In this document: positions 9,788 through 18,837 of the stretch, in pieces
How the letters are laid out: every line of letters begins with the position of its first letter
Position numbering within the stretch: the first letter of the stretch is position 1
Source: Methanimicrococcus sp. OttesenSCG-928-J09
Lineage (GTDB): Archaea; Halobacteriota; Methanosarcinia; Methanosarcinales; Methanosarcinaceae
Assembly (NCBI GenBank): GCA_030266245.1
Contig: JAJDHP010000004.1
Coordinates: 994 to 64,993 of the forward strand
DNA: 64,000 nt
Reading direction: 5' to 3'
Notes under the pieces: generated by a model
What the model was told of the DNA's origin: nothing
The model's input: the letters and a program-made list of their open reading frames with translations, nothing else
Database searches by the model: none
Program-made: the position numbers and the translations under genes

Positions 9788-10582
9788 ATGGTCAGTGAAG
9801 TGATTTCCGCTTTAAAAAGAGATTATATTCATAATTTAATCATTGAAGGCAAGCGCGCTGACGGCCGCGGTTTTCAGGAAATGAGAGATATTTCCGTTAA
9901 AACCAATGTTATTGCCAAGGCCGAGGGTTCCGCTTACGTTAAATACGGCGAAACCAAAGTTTTAGTCGGCATTAAATTGCAGAAAGGAACACCTTTCCCC
10001 GACTCGCCGAATATGGGAATTATCATGACCGGCATGGAACTCAATCCGCTTGCGTCACCCGACTTTGAAGCCGGACCGCCCCGCGAAGATTCTATTGAAA
10101 TGTCAAGAATCGTTGACCGCGGAATCCGTGAATCTCATTCCATTGATTTAGAAAAGCTCTGCATTAAAGAAGGCGAGCTCGTTTGGATGGTTTTTGTTGA
10201 CATCAGTATTATTAATGATGCCGGCAACCTCGTCGACGCTTCCTGTTTGGCGTCTATTGCTGCTTTGATGACAACCACAATTCCGGCAGACGAAGCGAAC
10301 GGCTTCCCGTCCATGCAGATGCCGATTAACAACACTCCTGTCGGCGTGACTGTTGTCAGTATCGACGGCACACTTCTCTTGGATCCGTCCTTGGATGAAG
10401 GTATTGTCTGCGACACCAAACTGTCCATCATTACCGACAGCGAAGGCGCACTTTCCGGTATGCAGAAAATCGGTCCCGAACCGCTGCGTCCCGAAACTGT
10501 CATTGAAATGGTGAATCTCGCAAGAGAAAAGGGTGCAGAATTAAGGGAAAGATATTTATCTAATCTTTCTATAAGGAGTTGA
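9788..10582 (+). CDS. rrp42: exosome core Rrp42
   Basis: RADGRGF, KAEGSA, FEAGPP, RIVDRGIRES. Confidence 0.97.
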   Translation: MVSEVISALKRDYIHNLIIEGKRADGRGFQEMRDISVKTNVIAKAEGSAYVKYGETKVLVGIKLQKGTPFPDSPNMGIIMTGMELNPLASPDFEAGPPREDSIEMSRIVDRGIRESHSIDLEKLCIKEGELVWMVFVDISIINDAGNLVDASCLASIAALMTTTIPADEANGFPSMQMPINNTPVGVTVVSIDGTLLLDPSLDEGIVCDTKLSIITDSEGALSGMQKIGPEPLRPETVIEMVNLAREKGAELRERYLSNLSIRS

Positions 10583-10719
10583 ATCTTGTTTTAATACATT
10601 TCAACTCATGTGATTCAAACGGCGCAGCTCAATTCGGAGTTCATTTCGTTTTGAATCATTCAAGTTTAAATTTTCAAAATTACATGCGCGAAGGCGCGTT
10701 TCAATTCAGGTGAAACATT

Positions 10720-11049
10720 ATGGTTAGAAAAAACTCAAGAAAAGGTAAAGTTTCCAGATCTGCAGGCAGATTTGGTGTCAGATACGGCAGAAGAGACAGA
10801 AAGCTCGTCGCCGATCTCGAAGGACGTACAAGAGGTCCGCACACATGTGTCAGATGTGACCTCCCGTCTGTCAGAAGAATCGGTACAGGCATCTGGGAAT
10901 GCAAGAAATGCGGTTACAAATTCGCAGGCGGTACATACATTCCGCAGACTGCTGTCGGTAAAACATTCCAAAACACTATGAAGAATGCTCTTCAAGACAG
11001 CTCCATGAAATACCACTATGATTTCTTGGACGAAGAAGACGAAGAGTAA
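10720..11049 (+). CDS. rpl37ae: 50S ribosomal protein L37Ae
   Basis: AGRFGVRYG, CxxC...[12 protein letters not shown]. Confidence 0.97.
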   Translation: MVRKNSRKGKVSRSAGRFGVRYGRRDRKLVADLEGRTRGPHTCVRCDLPSVRRIGTGIWECKKCGYKFAGGTYIPQTAVGKTFQNTMKNALQDSSMKYHYDFLDEEDEE

Positions 11050-11285
11050 GGAACAGCAGCCGCATTGGCTTTTCTGTTCTTTTTTCTTTTTAACGTGTTC
11101 GGCAGCCGTCGGATGTTTTCCGTTCTGCCGATTTCCACATTAATTTTATATGATTTCAGATTTTAATGTGATTTTATATCTTAATGTGATTTTATATTGT
11201 ATATTATTGTAATTTAGTTTAAATTAGTGAATCTGATTTATTCGAATTCTATTCAACTTTTAAAATAATTCAAAAGGTGACCTGT

Positions 11286-11423
11286 TTGTCTTACTACTGT
11301 TCCCATTGCAAAAGAGAAATTGACATCGACTATGAAAACGCAGGTGTCCGCTGTCTCTATTGCGGCCACAGAATTCTCATTAAAAAACGCCCGGCAACTA
11401 TCAAAAGAATAAAGGCCGAATAA
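11286..11423 (+). CDS. rpoP: RNA polymerase subunit P (Rpo12), below the ORF-track size cutoff
   Basis: Own translation from TTG after AGGTGA: MSYYCSHCKREIDIDYENAGVRCLYCGHRILIKKRPATIKRIKAE; canonical position. Confidence 0.93.
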   Translation: MSYYCSHCKREIDIDYENAGVRCLYCGHRILIKKRPATIKRIKAE

Positions 11424-11424
11424 T

Positions 11425-12087
11425 ATGATGTTGTTGACGTCTTCCCGAAAACCTGCCTTCAAAACTAAGATTTTATGCAAAAAGCTGGCTCTTTTTTTCG
11501 ACGCGGCTTATATGACGCGCGGCAAAATGTCCATGTCTGAAGTTTTAGAGCGGGGAAGCGGAGCCGTCTTAACAATTGTCGGGGAATATCATGGAAATCC
11601 CGGCAGTCTTTCTTTTTATGATCCGAACGGCCGTTTGTTTTTGTCCGTTCGTTTTTCCGAAACTTCTTTTGATTCTGTCCCAAATACGGAACTGCGCTAC
11701 GGCGAAACGATTTTTTACGGCGACGAATCTTCAATTCTCTTTAAACTGCTGAATATGTTTATGTTTGAAGATAAAGGATTGATTTTACCGCCCGATTCTA
11801 ATCTTGAGCCCGGTCCTCAAAGCCGGAAAAAAGCAAAAGCAAAAACAATTTCTTCGTCAGCATCCGATGAATCAATCCCTGGAAATGAAATCGAAGCTGA
11901 TGAAACAGATTCCGCAGTTGCTGCTACTGTTTCGGCTGCCGCTGCTGTTGGAAATGCTGCTGTCGGCAACGCGGCTGCTTATGTCCGCCGTCTTTATATT
12001 CACGATGACCGGCTTGATTTTTATTCCAACGACCGCCTTTTCCTTCGTTTGTATGTGAAAGGCATCAAATCTGATTATATTCATTGA
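11425..12087 (+). CDS. Brix-domain ribosome biogenesis protein
   Basis: LLTSSRKP, RGKMS, GEYHGNPG; follows rpoP. Confidence 0.88.
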   Translation: MMLLTSSRKPAFKTKILCKKLALFFDAAYMTRGKMSMSEVLERGSGAVLTIVGEYHGNPGSLSFYDPNGRLFLSVRFSETSFDSVPNTELRYGETIFYGDESSILFKLLNMFMFEDKGLILPPDSNLEPGPQSRKKAKAKTISSSASDESIPGNEIEADETDSAVAATVSAAAAVGNAAVGNAAAYVRRLYIHDDRLDFYSNDRLFLRLYVKGIKSDYIH

Positions 12088-12096
12088 GGAATCATC

Positions 12097-12342
12097 ATGA
12101 GAGCCGAAGCCCGCTTTTCTTTTCACTCTGAAAAACCGGAACTGATTTCCGATATTTACAAAAGCCTTCTGCCCGAAACTGATGAATCCATTTCAGACCG
12201 TTCCGAAATTTTCTTATCTTTAGAAAACGGCGGGCTTGTTTTAGAAATAAAGAGTACTGACATCATCTCTTTGCGTTCCGCTTTAAACACATGGCTGAGA
12301 TTGATTCAAACGGCTTATGATGTGGCGTCAGCGTCTTACTGA
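12097..12342 (+). CDS. pcc1: KEOPS complex subunit Pcc1
   Basis: IYKSLLPE, DIISLRSALNTWLRLI. Confidence 0.92.
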   Translation: MRAEARFSFHSEKPELISDIYKSLLPETDESISDRSEIFLSLENGGLVLEIKSTDIISLRSALNTWLRLIQTAYDVASASY

Positions 12343-12420
12343 TTTTATTTTCGTTTAAACCGCTTCCCATTTTTGCTGATTTGAAAAATTGCTGTTCCTT
12401 TTTGCCGATTATGGAAAACT

Positions 12421-12590
12421 GATGCGGCTCGCGCGCGCAGACGGTTGGCAGCAGTAACGGAATCGGTAAGGTACACATGGCAAACGGAAATGGTAAGGTA
12501 GCAATAGCAAACTAAAACGGTAGGTAGCAATAGCAAAACGGAATCGGTAAGGTAAATATGGCACGTTCGCGTCAGCGAACGGAATACTCT
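12421..12590. repeat. dispersed repeat family B, degenerate copy
   Basis: GCGGCTCGCGCGCG followed by repeated (A)ACGGAATCGGTAAGGTA / GTAGCAATAGCAAA units. Confidence 0.6.
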
Positions 12591-12724
12591 TAAAATGAGC
12601 AGATGCGTATGAAAACAGAAGCAGATAGCAGACAGCAGTAGGTAGAAGCAGGCAGCAGTAGATAAAAGCAGACAGTAATAGAAAGAAGCTGCAATTAAAT
12701 TAATTCTGTTTTTAATTATTATAG

Positions 12725-12803
12725 GTACGAATCCGTAAATCTCCAATTCCTCGTTCCGCTTCGCTACACTCAAAATTGAAAATTAACGATCGTATTTGGA
12801 CTT
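12725..12803. repeat. REP-like long imperfect hairpin (family C)
   Basis: GTACGAATCCG...CGCTTCGCT...CGATCGTATTTGGACTTT; shares ends with 33126-33196. Confidence 0.6.
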
Positions 12804-13085
12804 TTATTTTTTGAAAAAGTGAAATATCATTTTTCATTCTAATTCAGAAAAAGGAAACGCCGTTTTTTCGATGAAATTTGTTTTTTCAGATTTTGGAAAA
12901 GGGGCGTTTTGGTTTTATTTTTTGAAACGGATGTTTATGTTTATCCAAAAATTGAAACCAAATGGTCGTCAAACATTTTAAAATATTATCACAAAAACTG
13001 AATCCGTTTTTCAAAAAAACAAAAAATTGGGACGCCTCGCGCGCGCAAGACACTGACAAATAAAAAAAGTTAGAAACAGATGTGA

Positions 13086-13484
13086 TTACTCACAATCCGT
13101 TCCTTCAATCGAAAGCGCCTGGTGCGGGCACATGTCTATACATAAGCCGCAGCGGACGCATTTTTGAGTGTCTGTTTCCAAACTCCAGTCTTCGGCGAAC
13201 GAAAAGACTTTGGATGGACAAACTGAAATGCAGGCGCCGCAGTCAACACATTCTTCTTTGTTTCTGCAAATCAGCGTGTTGAGCAGCTTTACAGAGACGC
13301 CGCGTGATTCAAATTCGGTTTTGATCGTTTCATAGTTCTTGTCAATGACTTCTATGATTATTTCGCCGCCGGTTGAATCAACGTGGGAGGAAACAATACT
13401 GACAAGAATGCCGGTTTTAAGGATAATTTCTGACAGAATCGGTGATTTGACACGCTCATCCGGAAAACTGATTTTTAACTTCAT
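13086..13484 (-). CDS. NIL-domain 2[4Fe-4S] ferredoxin, partner of the DUF39 sulfurtransferase
   Basis: Two CxxCxxCxxxCP motifs after a NIL-like N-terminus; overlaps the DUF39 stop codon. Confidence 0.9.
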   Translation of the reverse strand: MKLKISFPDERVKSPILSEIILKTGILVSIVSSHVDSTGGEIIIEVIDKNYETIKTEFESRGVSVKLLNTLICRNKEECVDCGACISVCPSKVFSFAEDWSLETDTQKCVRCGLCIDMCPHQALSIEGTDCE

Positions 13485-14983
13485 TCGTGCTTCCCCCTTG
13501 TGAATAATCTGCTGATATGCTCGCTTGTCAGCATGCCGACAACATTTTGCTTCTCGTCAATGACAGGAATGGCTGAAATCTTAAATTCCGCCAAACGCTT
13601 GGCAACCACGTCCACCGTTTCATCGGGCGAACAGGTGATCACATCTTTTGTCATACAGGTTTCAACAGTGTCAATTTTTCCGTCGGCAACCGCCTTTGAA
13701 ATATCCCAAGATGTGATGATGCCGACCAATTTGCCTTCCGACACAACCGACACATGATTACGCTCATTCTGTTTCATTAGTTTGGCCGCACCGATAAAGC
13801 TGTCCGTCGCTTCAACCGTCACCACTTTCTTGCTCATGATGTCTTGAACGCGAGGCGTTTTATTCGTCTCTTTCATCGGCTTCGTTGACTGGTTGAGCGG
13901 GAGCGTTGTCGTGTTCACGCCGAGCAGGAATTTACCTGCAAGAATACGCGATTTCAGTTCTTCCGCGACTTGTCTTGATTTTTTAAAGCTTGACATACAT
14001 GAAGTCGTAACTTCTTTGCCGTTCAGCTGAATACTGCCGGAACGAAGTTCCTCGTAATTGGCTTTTCGAACCGTCGGACGGTCACGTTTACCAATACTGT
14101 AATCTTTAATGCTGATTTCAATGTCGGCATCTCTGACGGCCGTCGCTTTTGCCATTTCAGCGTCCAATATCGGAATCGGAATGCCTATCCCTAAGAACAG
14201 GGAAGTTCCGTACCCTTCAAAACTGGCAGCGTTGACATATTCTTTTGTCATCTCTTTCAAATTCGCCGCTGTCATGAGTGTCGCGTAACCGGAAGCGGTT
14301 GAACACTGCGTTCCTTCACCGACAATTGTTCCTTCTGCGCCGCCCATGAAAATCTTGGTTCCCGCGCCGATTGTTCTATAAGTCGGGTCATTGGAAAGCG
14401 GGGATAAAATTCCCGCGCCCGAATAAGTCACATTTTTGTAATCCGGAAGAAGTTTTCCCATGTATGTATGAATAATCTTTTTCGATCCGTTGGTTGCCGC
14501 GTCATAACGCTGGTAAACGTTTCTGGGGTTAACCATGATTGCCTGATTTAAATCAGCCAGTGTGATTGTTGTCGTCAGTTCTTTTCGGGGGTAACAGTCC
14601 GTTCCGTAAGAATGTGCAACGACTTCGACTTCTTTTCCGCAGATTAAATCTTCAATCACGTGGGCGCCGCCGTATTTGATGCCGAGTTTTTCAGATATTT
14701 GAGTTGCTCCCAAATATGAATCAACAGCCGCAATGCCGCTGTAGGCTTCCACGTCGTTCATGAACATTTTTGTAATTTTAATGGGTGTTTCGGAGTGTCC
14801 GAAGTTGAGGAAAACGCCTGATGAACACATCGCTCCAAAAGTCCCCGTGGTCACCACGTCAACTTCTTCAGCTGCCTTTTCGGCACCGATATTGTCCACC
14901 AAATCGGACATTTCTTCCGCGGTTATAACGCAGACATTACCGGATGCGATTTTTTCATTGATTTCAGCAATCGTTTTCGCCAT
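13481..14983 (-). CDS. L-aspartate semialdehyde sulfurtransferase (DUF39 + CBS pair), homocysteine biosynthesis
   Basis: VDVVTTGTFGAMCSSG, YGGAHVIEDL, YGTDCYPR, NPRN; C-terminal CBS pair. Confidence 0.93.
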   Translation of the reverse strand: MAKTIAEINEKIASGNVCVITAEEMSDLVDNIGAEKAAEEVDVVTTGTFGAMCSSGVFLNFGHSETPIKITKMFMNDVEAYSGIAAVDSYLGATQISEKLGIKYGGAHVIEDLICGKEVEVVAHSYGTDCYPRKELTTTITLADLNQAIMVNPRNVYQRYDAATNGSKKIIHTYMGKLLPDYKNVTYSGAGILSPLSNDPTYRTIGAGTKIFMGGAEGTIVGEGTQCSTASGYATLMTAANLKEMTKEYVNAASFEGYGTSLFLGIGIPIPILDAEMAKATAVRDADIEISIKDYSIGKRDRPTVRKANYEELRSGSIQLNGKEVTTSCMSSFKKSRQVAEELKSRILAGKFLLGVNTTTLPLNQSTKPMKETNKTPRVQDIMSKKVVTVEATDSFIGAAKLMKQNERNHVSVVSEGKLVGIITSWDISKAVADGKIDTVETCMTKDVITCSPDETVDVVAKRLAEFKISAIPVIDEKQNVVGMLTSEHISRLFTRGKHE

Positions 14984-15543
14984 TTATTCGTCTCCTTTTC
15001 AAAAACCGTCGAACGGTTATTCATATTGGATTATTTTGTTTGATTTTCAATTTTTTGTTTACTGTTCAAACATTTCTATTTTCTGTTTAAACACTTAATT
15101 TATACAATAGTCGTGAAATTTATTTCTTTCACAAAATGTGGGACGTTCCAAATGTATATAAATTTGTCTGTTAATTATTACTGTTAGTTATATTTCTTTA
15201 TCCTGATTTATGATTTTTGGATTGATTATTTTTATTTACAAAACAACAAACAAAAATAATTGATAAAATATCAAATTGTTTTTATGACTTTTTTACCGTC
15301 TGTCCTTTATTTTCCGGATTTCTTCTTTGATTTGTTTCATTAAATCGAAATTGTTTTCTATTAATGGCTAAATAAATATAATAATACTATAATTATTTTT
15401 AAATAACCCGAGTGACTATGCTATCAAAGAAAAGTGTTTTTCTGCTTAATGTCAGTATATTCGCTATATAATTTTTACATGTCATAACATTAAAATAACC
15501 AATTAAATTAAATAAAATGTTGCAGTGATAAATCTGTTTATAT

Positions 15544-16290
15544 TTGACTAATGGTGATTCTGTGAAAAAGGAAAGTTCATGTAATAACGTATTTCTGCTT
15601 AATCCAACCGATTCGGTTTTGGACCTCTATACGGAACGTTATCTTGAACTCGGAAGCCGTTTTTATGATTTGTTTAAGCATGATCTGAAAAATTATCAGA
15701 ACGCTATTTTAATGTCTTTGGATTTGTATGAAATCAAAAAAGAAGATAAGTATTTGGAAATGATTAAGGAAGCTTCTTACAAGAGTCTTGAACATATCGA
15801 CACAATCAAAGGAATTGAGCAGTTTGTTTACTGCGGCGGCAAACCCGGATTTTATTCTTTTTCCGAATGTATTCAAAATGTTATTGCTGCTTATCCCGAT
15901 AAAGAATTCGAAATTATCGGCGAAGACGCGACTGTTTTTGCAGATTCGGCTTTTCCGAAACTATTTGATTTATTGATTCAAATCACGCTCGGCAGTGAAT
16001 CTAAAAATCATAAAATTTCTTTTACGCTTTCCGATTTACAGGAAAACGGCGTAAACAAATGCGTTATCGAAATTGATATTTATGACTTTTTTGTTCCCGG
16101 CAACATCGCTGAAACCATCTTAAACGAAGATACGCAGAGCGTCACGGGCGATATTTTGAGTTTGACCTTCTATATCGCTAAAATGATTTTTTACCGTTAT
16201 TCCGGCGAATTGAAGCTGATTGAAACAAACGAAAAGCATACCAAACTTTCAGCTGTTTTTTTGAAATCTGACAACTCCTGTTTTGAATAA
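15544..16290 (+). CDS. degenerate histidine kinase-like protein (H-box kept, ATP boxes eroded)
   Basis: KHDLKN H-box; remnants VFAD...LFDLLIQI and LTFYIAKMIFYRYSGEL where N, G1 and G2 boxes are expected. Confidence 0.6.
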   Translation: MTNGDSVKKESSCNNVFLLNPTDSVLDLYTERYLELGSRFYDLFKHDLKNYQNAILMSLDLYEIKKEDKYLEMIKEASYKSLEHIDTIKGIEQFVYCGGKPGFYSFSECIQNVIAAYPDKEFEIIGEDATVFADSAFPKLFDLLIQITLGSESKNHKISFTLSDLQENGVNKCVIEIDIYDFFVPGNIAETILNEDTQSVTGDILSLTFYIAKMIFYRYSGELKLIETNEKHTKLSAVFLKSDNSCFE

Positions 16291-16339
16291 TGCAAAACTT
16301 TTTTATCATTCGATACTTTTGTTTCTGCAGGTGACAGGA

Positions 16340-16774
16340 TTGACGCGCATTTTGGCAACAGGGACTTTTGATCTTTTGCATCCCGGGCATATTTATTTTT
16401 TAGAGCAGGCAAAAATGCTCGGCGACGAACTTTATGTAATCATCAGCCGTGATGTAAATGTAAATCATAAGCCGACGCCTATTATTCCTGAAAGTCAGCG
16501 TCTTGAAATGGTTGCCGCCTTAAAACCCGTCGACACCGCTCTTCTCGGCAGTCTGACCGATTATTTTGAGCCGATTGAAGCCATTCGCCCCGACATCATT
16601 GTTCTCGGTTTTGACCAGAAATTCAAAGAAGACGAATTAAAAGAAGCGCTTTCCAAGCGCGGATTCAATCCTCAAGTCATTCGTCTGCCTGCCAAATCCG
16701 GCAGCTATTACAGCAGCCGCGCGATTGCAGCTGAAATCATTGAGCGGCAAAAAAAGAATCAAACGATTGATTGA
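16340..16774 (+). CDS. ribL: archaeal FAD synthase (cytidylyltransferase family)
   Basis: ATGTFDLLHPGH, PIIPESQRLEMV, PDIIVLGFDQ; TTG start after AGGTGA. Confidence 0.88.
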   Translation: MTRILATGTFDLLHPGHIYFLEQAKMLGDELYVIISRDVNVNHKPTPIIPESQRLEMVAALKPVDTALLGSLTDYFEPIEAIRPDIIVLGFDQKFKEDELKEALSKRGFNPQVIRLPAKSGSYYSSRAIAAEIIERQKKNQTID

Positions 16775-16880
16775 TTTTTCATTTATTATTTGTTTAAAAT
16801 ATAGGTCTCTTTTTCTTCAAATTTGAAAAATTGGTGCGGCTCACGCGTGTGGGCGCCGATATTTAATCTGTTATGGGTAC

Positions 16881-17132
16881 AGCGGCGGCAGCCGCAAAAA
16901 TCGCGGAGCGATTTTCATAAACACCTCCCTCCCACTGCAAAACGGCAGCAGACTCCAATTGGTAACAGTTATCTGACTCCAAGTGGAAGCGGTAACAGAC
17001 TCCAATCGGTAACAGCAACCTGACTCCAAGTGGAAACTGAAACAGACTCCAAGTGGAAACAGCAGCCTGACTCCAAGTGGAAGCGGTAACAGACTCCAAG
17101 TGGAAATTAGTTTTGCATTGGTAGGTACATAT
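16881..17132. repeat. dispersed repeat family A, copy with 7 internal GACTCCAA units
   Basis: Family A core, then GACTCCAA recurring every 23-24 nt, ending TTTTGCATTGGTAGGTACATATA; lies between convergent genes. Confidence 0.9.
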
Positions 17133-17202
17133 AATAAAAATAAAAAAGAATGAATTAGCCGTACCAATCTAAATTATAAATCGTAAATAGAATTTAAAAA
17201 AA

Positions 17203-17988
17203 TTATTTTTTCATATATTTCGCCTTTTCACTTGCCGTCAACTTTTCAATCGAATAGCGAAGCATGGTTCTCGGCATTTCAGTTGAATGTTCTTCCAAAA
17301 ATGAAATCAAAGTTTCTTTATCCTTTTTTCCGACTTCACGAAGCATCCAGCCGGTGCATTTATGAATTAAATCATGTTTGGCCGGCAAGAAGTAGGCGCA
17401 AAGATTCAATGTCGGCTGAAAAATGCCGTTTCGAATAAACGCGTGCGTTGTCATAACGGAAACGCGCTGCGCCCACAAATCATTTGATTCTGAAAGATTC
17501 TTCAAAGTTTCGGCGCCGAGCGTTTCAGGATCTGTTTCTAAAAACCATTCGCCGATAATGTAGGAGGCGGAACAGTCCACCAAATCCCAATTATTGATAT
17601 ATCTTAAATGATCAAAATAAAGACTGACAATCTCTTTTTTCTCTCTTGCCGCTTCTTTGAGCAATTCATCTGCCGGCAAAACATCTCTCTTCGGCAAACA
17701 TTTGCGGCGCGCCGCATTATATTTTTCAACAAGAATGAAAAGAGCAGTTTGCCGATGTTCATGAATCGGCGACTTCATCAAAACAGCCGTTTCTAAAAGT
17801 GAGAAATCCGAATAAACTTTTTTAGCAAGCGTGCGCATTTTCGGAACGTCAACACCAATAAAAATATCGCCTTCGCCGTATTCCCCTGGTCCGGTTTTAA
17901 AATAACGCTGATGATGGCGGGCTTTTTCCGGCGAACTGATTTTTCCCAATTCTGATTGAACAAATTCGGCTGATATGGCTGTTGACAT
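17203..17988 (-). CDS. DNA alkylation repair enzyme (AlkD family)
   Basis: YFKTGPGEYGEGDIFIGV, INNWDLVD, GWMLREVGK, MPRTMLRYSIEK. Confidence 0.92.
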   Translation of the reverse strand: MSTAISAEFVQSELGKISSPEKARHHQRYFKTGPGEYGEGDIFIGVDVPKMRTLAKKVYSDFSLLETAVLMKSPIHEHRQTALFILVEKYNAARRKCLPKRDVLPADELLKEAAREKKEIVSLYFDHLRYINNWDLVDCSASYIIGEWFLETDPETLGAETLKNLSESNDLWAQRVSVMTTHAFIRNGIFQPTLNLCAYFLPAKHDLIHKCTGWMLREVGKKDKETLISFLEEHSTEMPRTMLRYSIEKLTASEKAKYMKK

Positions 17989-18011
17989 TTCTATTCGTCC
18001 TCTCATCCGGA

Positions 18012-18500
18012 TTATTTTTCACAAAATTGTTTGTTTTCCAAAAGCAGCAATTTGTTTTTTATGTCCGTTCCCCCTGCATATCCGACTAATTTGCCGTTGC
18101 AGCCGATGACGCGATGGCATGGAATAATAATCGAAATCGGATTTCTGTTGTTCGCTGAACCGACCGCGCGATAAGCTTTCGGGCTGCCGGCCGCTTCGGC
18201 AATATCTTTGTAAGTTGCCGTTTCTCCATATGGGATTTCGCAAAGCGTCGCCCACACTTTTTTCATAAAAGGCGTTCCTTCGGGTGCCAGCGGTAAATCA
18301 AATTCGGTGCGGCTGCCTTCAAAATATTCATCCAGCTGCTTAAACGCTTCTTTCAAAACAGGAGACGCATTTTCTTCAGAATAAATGCCACATTCGCCGT
18401 CAATTTTTCGAGTGTCATTCTTAAAAACAAGCTATGTAATTTTCCCGCCGGCTTCTTCTATTCCGATTCCGCCGATTTCCGTTTCTTTAAAATAAATCAT
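18012..18500 (-). CDS. ogt: methylated-DNA-protein-cysteine methyltransferase with in-frame TAG at codon 23
   Basis: From ATG 18500: MIYFKETEIGGIGIEEAGGKIT-TAG(18434-18432)-LVFKN...LKEAFKQLDEYF...RAVG...IIIPCHRV. The N-terminal domain is only complete if the TAG is read through. Confidence 0.88.
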
Positions 18501-18538
18501 GTCGCACCCGCCGAATTCTGTAAATTGATGATTGTAGA

Positions 18539-18622
18539 TTGAAGCTAATTAATTGAAGCTAATTAATTGAAGCTAATTAATTGAAGCTAATTAATTGAAG
18601 CTAATTAATTGAAGCTAATTAA
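18539..18622. repeat. perfect tandem repeat (TTGAAGCTAATTAA) x6
   Basis: Six identical 14-bp units about 40 bp upstream of the ogt start. Confidence 0.95.
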
Positions 18623-18837
18623 TTGAAAATAATCACAGTAGATTGGAAATAATAAACTGATAAAAGTTCGCTGATCAAAATTGGGTTTTTGATAATATAA
18701 AGGTTTGACAAGGTCAGTGAAAGTAATCAACGCATTTGTTTGTTTTTTTGTTTGTTTTTTGATGTGCCGTTTTATTTATTTTTGCAGCTTTTTAAAGCTT
18801 TTTTATTTCCACTCTCGCTGTTTCTCTAATTGCAAGT

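Noticed and set aside
9187-9798. Alternative-frame Met/Thr/Ser-rich ORFs over rrp41
   Set aside because: Shadow frames of GAT/GAA-rich acidic codons.
10610-10658. Stem-loop TGATTCAAA...TTTGAATCA upstream of rpl37ae as an ncRNA
   Set aside because: A single AT-rich stem with no second copy or recognisable family; not enough support.
16940-17105. GACTCCAA array as a CRISPR array
   Set aside because: The period is only 23-24 nt, the variable parts resemble one another rather than being unique spacers, and no cas genes are present.
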